Of a DNA stretch of 64,000 nucleotides, positions 54,205-61,670 are shown piece by piece. Below the pieces are notes generated by a model, which was not told the DNA's origin, made no database searches, and was given only the letters and a program-made list of their open reading frames with translations. The stretch is from the NCBI GenBank assembly GCA_045533435.1, contig JAZSHT010000104.1:1590-65589 (forward strand). The letters are read 5' to 3'. Numbering within the stretch: position 1 is the stretch's first letter; every line of letters starts with the position of its first letter. The DNA is from Eubacteriales bacterium. GTDB lineage: Bacteria; Bacillota; Clostridia; Oscillospirales; CAG-272. A program made the position numbers and the translations under genes.

Positions 54205-54226
54205 AAAGCGACTGAAAGGAGCGAAA

Positions 54227-55345
54227 ATGAAGACCGTATATAAATTTTTTGCAGGTCATGCTGTTTTAACGGTTGCAATGATTATTGCGCTTGTTACAAT
54301 GGTAATTGTGCCGCCTGATGTTACATACTTTGACTACATAGACTTTAAAACGCTTTTCTGTCTTTTTGCTACGCTTCTTGTGGTGTGTGCTTTAAAGAAT
54401 ATTCGCTTTTTTACCTTAATTTCAAGAAAGATTGTTCACGCTACGCCTAACCTTAGAGTATGCGTTTTGGCGCTTTTGTATATCACATTTATTGGCTCAC
54501 TTTTTATTGCCAACGATATGGCGCTTATTACATTTTTGCCCCTTGGATATTTCGTATTAAGCGACACAGGTAACCATAAATATATGGCTTGGGTGTTTGT
54601 TTTACAGAATATTGCCGCAAATTTAGGTGGAATGCTAACACCATTTGGCAATCCTCAAAACCTATATTTATACACTAAATTTAACATACCAACTCTTGAA
54701 TTTATGGGTATTATGGTATTTCCGTTTTTGCTTGCAGTTTTAATGCTAACATTATCCGTGCTATTTTTCCCAAAAACAAAAATGGAATTGTCCATAAGCG
54801 ATGATATAATTGAGTTTAAGCCTAAGCGCACCGCAATTTACATAGTGCTTTTTGCGGTATCAATCCTTGCGGTATTTTCAGTAATTCATTATTTAATTGC
54901 CGCTGTTATAATCGCAGTTGGAATTTTTATGCTTGATAAAAAAGCATTTTTAAAGGTTGACTATCCCTTGCTTTTAACATTTTTAATGTTCTTTATTTTT
55001 GCGGGAAATATGTCAAGAATAGACTTAATTCGTGATTTTATGTCGGGACTTTTAGAAAAAAACACACTTTTAGTGTCCGCTTTATCATGTCAGTTTATTT
55101 CAAATGTGCCATCCGCGGTGTTATTATCTCAGTTTACCGATAACTATAAATCACTTTTGCTTGGCGTTAATATCGGTGGCACAGGCACAATTATAGCATC
55201 CTTAGCAAGCTTAATCACATTTTCGGAGTTTTCACGCTATCAGCCTGAGAATAAAAAGAAATATTTTGGCGTTTTCACGCTTCTAAATGTAATATTTTTG
55301 ATGGTTCTCTTAATTTTTTGTGTTTTTCTTGAAAAAATTTTATAA
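54227..55345 (+). CDS. ArsB/NhaD-superfamily ion transporter (CitMHS-like permease)
   Basis: The ATG at 54227 has RBS GAAAGGAG (MKTVYKFFAG...). The track start at 54089 would translate the heptamer array and leader. Polytopic membrane protein. Confidence 0.75.
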   Translation: MKTVYKFFAGHAVLTVAMIIALVTMVIVPPDVTYFDYIDFKTLFCLFATLLVVCALKNIRFFTLISRKIVHATPNLRVCVLALLYITFIGSLFIANDMALITFLPLGYFVLSDTGNHKYMAWVFVLQNIAANLGGMLTPFGNPQNLYLYTKFNIPTLEFMGIMVFPFLLAVLMLTLSVLFFPKTKMELSISDDIIEFKPKRTAIYIVLFAVSILAVFSVIHYLIAAVIIAVGIFMLDKKAFLKVDYPLLLTFLMFFIFAGNMSRIDLIRDFMSGLLEKNTLLVSALSCQFISNVPSAVLLSQFTDNYKSLLLGVNIGGTGTIIASLASLITFSEFSRYQPENKKKYFGVFTLLNVIFLMVLLIFCVFLEKIL

Positions 55346-55360
55346 AAACACTTTATTTTT

Positions 55361-55380
55361 TGAAATCATTGTGCTATAAT
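55361..55380 (+). promoter_or_regulatory. extended -10 promoter of typA
   Basis: AATCATTGTGCTATAAT, i.e. TGcTATAAT. The -35 is weak. Confidence 0.5.
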
Positions 55381-55491
55381 ATTGCCGCTTTATATTTTAT
55401 ATATAATTTATCTTTATATAAACACTAAATTTAGAGCCTTAGAGAGCGAGGAAAGATGTTTCCAGCCTGTAAGGGTCGCAAAGGAGAATTT

Positions 55492-57318
55492 ATGATTAGA
55501 GACGACTTAAGAAATGTAGCAATTATTGCTCACGTTGACCACGGCAAAACAACTCTTGTTGACGGTATGCTTCAGCAAGGTGGCGCATATCACGAAAACC
55601 AAGCAACTACTGACAGAGTAATGGACTCTAACGCTCTTGAAAAGGAAAGAGGAATTACTATCCTTGCAAAAAATACTGCTATTCACTATGGCGACAAAAA
55701 AATCAATGTAATTGACACCCCAGGCCACGCTGACTTTGGCGGCGAGGTTGAAAGAATTCTTAAAATGGTTAACGGTGTTATCCTTCTTGTTGATGCAGCA
55801 GAGGGACCAATGCCACAAACAAGATTCGTTCTTCGCAAGGCTATGGAATTAAATCACAGAATTATCGTTGTTGTTAATAAGATTGACCGTCCTGATGCTC
55901 GTGTAACTGAGGTTATTGATGAGGTTTTAGAGCTTCTTATTGACTTAAATGCAACTGATGAGCAGCTTGACTCTCCAATGCTTTTCTGCTCAGGTAGAGC
56001 AGGCACAGCGTCATTCTCTCCTGATGTAGAGGGCGAAAACTTAATTCCACTTCTTGATACAATCGTAAATTACATTCCAGCTCCAGAGGGAGAAGAGGAT
56101 GAAAGCCTTCAATTACTCGTTTCATCTATTGACTATAACGAGTATGTTGGTAAAATCGGTGTAGGTAGAATTGAAAGAGGCTCACTTAAGGTAAACCAAG
56201 AGGTTACAGTATGTAACTTCCACTCAGATGAAGCTCCAAGAAGAGCAAAAATCGTTTCAATTTATCAATTTGATGGTCTTTCCCGTACACAGGTACAAAG
56301 TGCAACAGTTGGCGATATCGTATGCTTCTCAGGTGTTGAAGAGCTTTCAATCGGCGATACACTTTGCTCTGCTGGTAATGTTGAGCCACTTGAATTTGTA
56401 AAGGTTTCAGAGCCTACTCTTGAAATGACATTTGCAGTTAACGATAGCCCATTTGCAGGCAAAGAAGGTAAATTCGTAACATCCCGCCAAATTAGAGACC
56501 GCCTTTACAAGGAAACACTTAAGGATGTATCTCTCCGTGTAAGCGATGGCGACACTACCGACTCATTTAGAGTTGCAGGTAGAGGCGAAATGCACTTATC
56601 AATCCTTATTGAAACAATGCGCCGTGAGGGCTTTGAGCTTTGCTGCTCAACTCCAAGAGTGCTTTATAAAACAATTGATGGCATTTTACATGAGCCAATG
56701 GAAAGAGTTTCTATTGATGTACCGGCAGAGAGCGCAGGCGCAGTTATTCAAAAGCTTAGCGCAAGAAAGGGCGAGCTTTTAGAAATGGACCCAACAGGCT
56801 CAAGAACTAAGCTTGAATATATTATTCCATCAAGATGCTTACTTGGTTACAGAAACGAGTTTATGACAGATACAAAGGGCGAGGGCATTTTAAATACACT
56901 CTTTGATGGCTATCAACCATTCAAGGGAGAGGTTGTAACAAGATTTACAGGCTCACTTATCGCATCCGAAACAGGCGAAGCAACATCATACGGTCTATTT
57001 AAGACACAAGACAGAGGCGCTATGTTTATCGGCGTTCAAACTCCTGTTTATGAGGGAATGATTGTTGGCGAATGTCCAAAGATGGAGGATATCGTTCTTA
57101 ATGTTTGCCAAAAGAAGCACTTAACTGCTATTCGTTCAAAGGGCGCAGATGAGGCTTTAATTCTCGTTCCACCAAAGCAATTATCCCTTGAGCAAGCTAT
57201 TGAGTATATTGCGGATGATGAGCTTATTGAGGTAACACCTAAGTCAATTAGATTAAGAAAGAAAATTCTTGATACTGCATTAAGACTTAAGGCGCAAGCG
57301 AAATTAAAAAAGCAGTGA
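55492..57318 (+). CDS. typA: translational GTPase TypA/BipA
   Basis: The ATG at 55492 has RBS AAAGGAG ([24 protein letters not shown]). The TGA stop lies inside the first TGATCAG unit of an array. Confidence 0.95.
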   Translation: MIRDDLRNVAIIAHVDHGKTTLVDGMLQQGGAYHENQATTDRVMDSNALEKERGITILAKNTAIHYGDKKINVIDTPGHADFGGEVERILKMVNGVILLVDAAEGPMPQTRFVLRKAMELNHRIIVVVNKIDRPDARVTEVIDEVLELLIDLNATDEQLDSPMLFCSGRAGTASFSPDVEGENLIPLLDTIVNYIPAPEGEEDESLQLLVSSIDYNEYVGKIGVGRIERGSLKVNQEVTVCNFHSDEAPRRAKIVSIYQFDGLSRTQVQSATVGDIVCFSGVEELSIGDTLCSAGNVEPLEFVKVSEPTLEMTFAVNDSPFAGKEGKFVTSRQIRDRLYKETLKDVSLRVSDGDTTDSFRVAGRGEMHLSILIETMRREGFELCCSTPRVLYKTIDGILHEPMERVSIDVPAESAGAVIQKLSARKGELLEMDPTGSRTKLEYIIPSRCLLGYRNEFMTDTKGEGILNTLFDGYQPFKGEVVTRFTGSLIASETGEATSYGLFKTQDRGAMFIGVQTPVYEGMIVGECPKMEDIVLNVCQKKHLTAIRSKGADEALILVPPKQLSLEQAIEYIADDELIEVTPKSIRLRKKILDTALRLKAQAKLKKQ

Positions 57319-57350
57319 TCAGTGGTCAGTGGTCAGTGTTCAGCAGCTAG
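57313..57350 (+). repeat. heptamer array (CAG TGATCAG TGGTCAG TGGTCAG TGTTCAG CAG CTAG)
   Basis: The typA TGA stop (57316-57318) is part of the first unit. Confidence 0.9.
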
Positions 57351-57382
57351 ACTAACGAATAGATTTCAATTAAATACGCAAG

Positions 57383-57404
57383 GCCACTCTGTGAGTGGCT
57401 TTTG
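57383..57404 (+). terminator. typA terminator
   Basis: GCCACTC-TGT-GAGTGGC plus TTTTG. Confidence 0.65.
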
Positions 57405-57468
57405 TGAAATATAATGTAAAAATACAAACGGTTTTGAATAACTACCGTTGTCCCATTTCTTTTGCTAA

Positions 57469-57492
57469 GCTTTTCTTTCTGAAAAGAAAAGC
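57469..57492 (+). promoter_or_regulatory. perfect 10-bp Y-tract/R-tract hairpin abutting the RBS of the ynbB-like gene
   Basis: GCTTTTCTTT-CTGA-AAAGAAAAGC, followed directly by GGAAAGGA and the ATG at 57507. Confidence 0.5.
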
Positions 57493-57506
57493 GGAAAGGA
57501 TAGAAA

Positions 57507-58754
57507 ATGTTTTCAGAAAAGATATTAAATATAGCATCTGAGGCGGAAAGGGAGCTTGCTCCGATTTTTGCTAAGATTGATGAAATTTCATTTAAAAATA
57601 CACAAAGAGTGCTTGAAAGCTTTAAGGAATTTAAGGTTGCCGAGAGTATGTTTGCAGGCACAACTGGTTATGGCTACGATGATATTGGCAGAGACACACT
57701 TGATAAAATTTATGCCGATGTTTTCGGAGCAGAAAGTGCATTTGTAAGACACTCAATAGCCAACGGCACAAGCGCACTTACAATCGGATTGTTTGGACTT
57801 TTAAGACCAAATGATGTGCTTTTATCAGTTACAAATCAACCATATGATACTCTTTGCGAGGTAATCGGCATTAACGGTGCAAACGGAGATGGCTCACTTG
57901 CGGATTTTGGTGTAAAATACGATCAGGTTGACTTTAAAAACGAGGAAATTGACTTTGAGGGAATTGAGAAAAAGCTCAATGAATATGGAGATAGCGTTAA
58001 GGTTGTTTTCATTCAACGCTCAAAGGGATATTTAAATAGACCGACACTTACAATAGACCAAATTGGCGAAATTTGCGATTTTGTTCACAAAAGAAGCAAA
58101 TCGTATGTGGTTGTTGACAACTGCTATGGCGAATTTTGCGAGGATAGAGAGCCTTGCCATGTGGGAGCAGATATGATAATCGGCTCACTTATTAAAAATC
58201 CAGGTGGCGGAATTGCCGAAAGCGGTGGATATATTGCAGGCACAAAAAGAGCAGTTGAGTTAGCTTCCTACCGTTTAACCTCTGCCGGCACAGGATGCGA
58301 GGTAGGTGCATCTTTAGGTCAAAACAGAAATATGTTCAAGGGATTTTTCTTAGCACCTCACATTGTGGCTCAGGCTATTAAAACTGCACATTTTGCCGCA
58401 TATGTGTTTGAAAAATTAGGCTTTGATGTATCTCCAAGGTATAACGAAATGCGCTCGGATATTATCCAAACAATTAAGTTTGGATACGCTGATGGTCTTA
58501 TTAAATTCTGCCAAGGAATTCAAAGCGCATCCCCTGTTGACTCTTATGTAACTCCTGTGCCATGGGCAATGCCAGGCTATCAGGATGAGGTAATTATGGC
58601 AGCAGGCGCATTTACTCAAGGCTCATCAATAGAAATTTCAGCAGACGGTCCTATTCGCATACCATATACCGCATTTTTACAAGGCGGTCTAACCTTTGAA
58701 AGCGGAAAAATCGCAATATTAACAGCAGCTTCGCTGCTAGGGGATAGGATATAG
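57507..58754 (+). CDS. YnbB / aluminium-resistance family PLP-dependent (Met gamma-lyase-like) protein
   Basis: 415 aa with the typical FAGTTGYGYDDIGRDTLD N-terminal region. The last 4-5 codons and the TAG stop are encoded by the TAGGGGA/TAGGATA array. Confidence 0.85.
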   Translation: MFSEKILNIASEAERELAPIFAKIDEISFKNTQRVLESFKEFKVAESMFAGTTGYGYDDIGRDTLDKIYADVFGAESAFVRHSIANGTSALTIGLFGLLRPNDVLLSVTNQPYDTLCEVIGINGANGDGSLADFGVKYDQVDFKNEEIDFEGIEKKLNEYGDSVKVVFIQRSKGYLNRPTLTIDQIGEICDFVHKRSKSYVVVDNCYGEFCEDREPCHVGADMIIGSLIKNPGGGIAESGGYIAGTKRAVELASYRLTSAGTGCEVGASLGQNRNMFKGFFLAPHIVAQAIKTAHFAAYVFEKLGFDVSPRYNEMRSDIIQTIKFGYADGLIKFCQGIQSASPVDSYVTPVPWAMPGYQDEVIMAAGAFTQGSSIEISADGPIRIPYTAFLQGGLTFESGKIAILTAASLLGDRI

Positions 58755-58772
58755 GATATAGGGGATAGGGAT
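58738..58772 (+). repeat. heptamer array (TAGGGGA TAGGATA TAGGATA TAGGGGA TAGGGAT)
   Basis: Spans the end of the ynbB-like CDS (stop TAG at 58752-58754) and the entire 18-nt spacer up to the rlmH ATG at 58773. Confidence 0.92.
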
Positions 58773-59255
58773 ATGTTGAATATCAAAATTATAGCCACAG
58801 GCGATGTAAAGGAAGCATATTGGCAAAACGCCATTAAGGAATATCAAAAAAGACTTGGCGCTTGGTGCAAAATTGAGGAAATTATTTTAAAGGAAGAAAG
58901 ACTTCCCGATAATCCCACACAATCACAAATTGACAAAGCCCTTGAATGTGAGGAAAAGCGAATTTTAGAAAAGCTTTCCTCAAAATCATATGTGATTGCA
59001 ATGTGCGTTGAGGGTAAGCAGTTATCAAGCGAGGAGCTTGCCTCAAAGATAACCGATATAACAAATTTAGGCAAAAGCGAGATAGTTTTTATCATCGGCT
59101 CATCCTTTGGTCTATCCAAAAAGGTCAAGGAAGTGTCTGATTTTAAGCTCTCAATCTCAAAATTAACCTTCCCACATCAATTATTAAGAGTTATTTTACA
59201 CGAAACGATTTATAGGTCATTAAGTATTATTTATGGTACGAAGTACCATAAATAA
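58773..59255 (+). CDS. rlmH: 23S rRNA (pseudouridine1915-N3)-methyltransferase
   Basis: 160 aa in the SPOUT family (IGSSFGLS...LSISKLTFPHQL). The start codon directly follows the heptamer array. Confidence 0.92.
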   Translation: MLNIKIIATGDVKEAYWQNAIKEYQKRLGAWCKIEEIILKEERLPDNPTQSQIDKALECEEKRILEKLSSKSYVIAMCVEGKQLSSEELASKITDITNLGKSEIVFIIGSSFGLSKKVKEVSDFKLSISKLTFPHQLLRVILHETIYRSLSIIYGTKYHK

Positions 59256-59287
59256 GCGGTCAGCCGTTAGCAGTTAGCTGTTAGCAG
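59256..59287 (+). repeat. heptamer array, class TAGCCGT (GCGGT CAGCCGT TAGCAGT TAGCTGT TAGCAG)
   Basis: Starts immediately after the rlmH TAA. Confidence 0.88.
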
Positions 59288-59353
59288 ATTTACTTATGAT
59301 TTTTTAACAATTTATTCAATGTTTTCAACTCAATAAATCAAAATTGTTACTTG

Positions 59354-59381
59354 CTGTAAGCTGGCGGCTGGCGGCTATAAC
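59354..59381 (-). repeat. heptamer array, reverse-type (CTGTAAG CTGGCGG CTGGCGG CTATAAC)
   Basis: Partially complementary to 59256-59287, separated by a 66-nt AT-rich loop. Confidence 0.8.
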
Positions 59382-59619
59382 AAAAAGCTTCGGCAAAACC
59401 AGAAGCTCAGAGGGTGAGGGAAAATTCGTGAACGCGTACACGTCGGCGTACTGGTGTACGACAGAGTAGCGGTCGCGAATAGAAAAGCAAAAATGGAATT
59501 TCTCCCAAAGGGAAAATTCCTTCCTTGAATAGCTTCTTTATCGTATTGAAAAACAGGCAGCAATATATATTTTGCTTTTCGGTTTCACCAGCCTGTGAGT
59601 TTCTCATTGGAGGATTTAT

Positions 59620-61494
59620 ATGAAATCAGCACAGATATGCGTAATAGGCGCAGGCCACGCAGGAATAGAAGCATCTTTAGCATCCGCAAGAATGGGAATG
59701 GACACCATTCTTTTCACAATGTCCCTAGATGCTATTGCAAATATGCCTTGCAATCCATCAATCGGTGGTACTGCAAAGGGTCATTTAGTATATGAAATTG
59801 ACGCTCTTGGCGGAGAAATGGGCAGAGGCGCAGATAATGTTACCTTGCAATCAAGAACATTAAATTTAGGCAAGGGTGCGGCTGTTTACTCAAAGAGAGT
59901 ACAAGCGGACAGAATGAAATACCGTGATATAATGAAGTCCACTCTTGAAAATACGCCTAACCTTCGTGTAATTCAAGCAGAAATTGTTGATATTAAAACA
60001 ATAGAGGAAAACGGTATTAAGAAAATTGATAGCGTGATTACCCGTTTAGGCGAGGAATATAAGACACAGTGTGCCATTATTTGCACAGGTACATATCTTA
60101 ATGCCACCATTCACACAGGTAATATCTGTTATCAAAGCGGACCGGACTCCCTTTCAGGGGCTAATTTCTTAACGGAAGCGTTAAAGCGTGAGGGTATAAA
60201 TCTTATGCGCTTTAAAACAGGCACGCCTTCAAGAATTCATGCGGACAGTATTGATTATTCTAAGCTTGAAATTCAAGAGGGAGAAAGCGACACTCTTCCT
60301 TTCTGCTGGGAAACCGATGAAAAGGAATACCAAAAAAAGAGCCAAATTCCTTGCTATATCGTTTATACAAACTTAAATACTCACGAAATTATAAAGTCTA
60401 ACATAAAGAAAAGTGCAATGTATTCAGGCAATATTACAGGCACAGGTCCAAGATATTGCCCATCTATTGAAGACAAAATCGTGCGCTTTGCCGACAAGGA
60501 AAGACATCAGCTTTTCGTTGTGCCTATGGGCTTAAATACTAAGGAAATTTACTTACAAGGCTTTTCAACAAGTATGCCTATTGATGTTCAAGAAAAGATG
60601 GTACACTCTCTGGTTGGCTTTGAAAATGCAAAAATTATGCGTTATGCATACGCAATTGAATATGATTGCACCGACCCACAAGAGCTGCTTGCCACCCTTG
60701 AATACAAAAAAATCAGTGGTTTATACGGCGCAGGACAGTTTAATGGTACATCAGGCTATGAGGAAGCCGCAGCCCAAGGACTTGTGGCAGGTATCAATGC
60801 TGTATTAAAAATCAAAGGCGAAGAGCCTATGATTTTACCTCGTTCATCATCATATATTGGCACTTTAATTGATGACCTTGTAACAAAGGGCACAAATGAG
60901 CCATACAGAATGATGACCTCACGAAGCGAATACCGTTTGCTTTTACGCCAAGACAATGCGGACAAGCGTTTAACTCCTATCGGCCGCCGTGTAGGTCTTG
61001 TAAGTGATAAGCAATGGGACTACTACCAAAGAAAGCAACAAGCAATCGAAGCGGAAAAGGAAAGACTAAAAACCGTTCACATTAAGCCATCAAAAGAGGT
61101 AAATGAGGTAGTTGAAGCATTAGGCACAACTCCGCTTTATGCAGGAATGACTCTTTATGAGCTTATTAAAAGACCTCAAATTGACCTTAACAATATGGCA
61201 AAATTCGACACATCCCGCCCAATTTTGCCTCAAAGTGTAGTTTTCACCGCTCAAACAGACATTAAATACGATGGCTATGTAAAAAAACAGTTAGCCGAGG
61301 TTGCCCGTACCGAAAAATTAGAGGAAAAGCCTCTCCCCGCCGACCTTGATTACACCGAAATCAAAGGACTTCGCATAGAAGCATGTCAAAAGCTAAACAA
61401 GGTAAAGCCATTAACCTTAGGTCAAGCATCTCGTATCAGCGGCGTTTCCCCTGCGGACATTTCCGTTCTTTTGATTTACTTACAATCGAAATAG
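59620..61494 (+). CDS. mnmG: tRNA uridine-5-carboxymethylaminomethyl(34) synthesis enzyme MnmG (GidA)
   Basis: 624 aa with FAD motif VIGAGHAGIEA and the GTGPRYCPSIEDK motif. Confidence 0.96.
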   Translation: MKSAQICVIGAGHAGIEASLASARMGMDTILFTMSLDAIANMPCNPSIGGTAKGHLVYEIDALGGEMGRGADNVTLQSRTLNLGKGAAVYSKRVQADRMKYRDIMKSTLENTPNLRVIQAEIVDIKTIEENGIKKIDSVITRLGEEYKTQCAIICTGTYLNATIHTGNICYQSGPDSLSGANFLTEALKREGINLMRFKTGTPSRIHADSIDYSKLEIQEGESDTLPFCWETDEKEYQKKSQIPCYIVYTNLNTHEIIKSNIKKSAMYSGNITGTGPRYCPSIEDKIVRFADKERHQLFVVPMGLNTKEIYLQGFSTSMPIDVQEKMVHSLVGFENAKIMRYAYAIEYDCTDPQELLATLEYKKISGLYGAGQFNGTSGYEEAAAQGLVAGINAVLKIKGEEPMILPRSSSYIGTLIDDLVTKGTNEPYRMMTSRSEYRLLLRQDNADKRLTPIGRRVGLVSDKQWDYYQRKQQAIEAEKERLKTVHIKPSKEVNEVVEALGTTPLYAGMTLYELIKRPQIDLNNMAKFDTSRPILPQSVVFTAQTDIKYDGYVKKQLAEVARTEKLEEKPLPADLDYTEIKGLRIEACQKLNKVKPLTLGQASRISGVSPADISVLLIYLQSK

Positions 61495-61496
61495 CC

Positions 61497-61637
61497 CTTA
61501 CTTTTTCTTTGGAAAAAGAAAAAGTAGGCAAAAAGAAATCGAAAGGTACACACAAACAAAATCGTTAGTTTTCTTATTCTTTGGAAAAAGAAAAAGTAAG
61601 CAAAAAGAAATCAAAAAGACATACAAACATAAAAATT
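61497..61637 (+). repeat. tandem duplication, period about 72 bp, 2 copies, each starting with a Y-tract/R-tract hairpin
   Basis: The core CTTTGGAAAAAGAAAAAGTA(G/A)GCAAAAAGAAATC(G/A)AAA occurs at 61506 and 61578. Confidence 0.85.
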
Positions 61638-61670
61638 AAGCCCTGCTGATTTTGTCAGTAGGGCTTTGTT
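61638..61670. terminator. bidirectional terminator
   Basis: AGCCCTGCTGA-TTTTG-TCAGTAGGGCT (1 mismatch) plus TTTGTTTT. Confidence 0.75.

Noticed and set aside
54089-54226. Upstream extension of the transporter CDS, using the track start at 54089.
   Set aside because: It would translate the leader and the CCCTAT array (…PYPLSPISYPPKRLKGAK) and has no RBS. The ATG at 54227 has GAAAGGAG at ideal spacing.
59382-59619. T-box or other known riboswitch in the mnmG leader.
   Set aside because: I see no specifier-loop or T-box consensus, no terminator/antiterminator pair and no recognisable aptamer core. I keep it only as an unexplained structured leader.
45379-61494. An origin-proximal region implied by rsmG and mnmG.
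   Set aside because: mnmE, dnaA, parAB and DnaA-box clusters were not seen, and rsmG and mnmG are 13.5 kb apart. There is not enough evidence to call an origin.
61383-61568. 61-aa plus-strand ORF overlapping the end of mnmG and the tandem repeat.
   Set aside because: It is out of frame within mnmG and then reads the purine-rich repeat (KEKVGKKKSK). It has no RBS.
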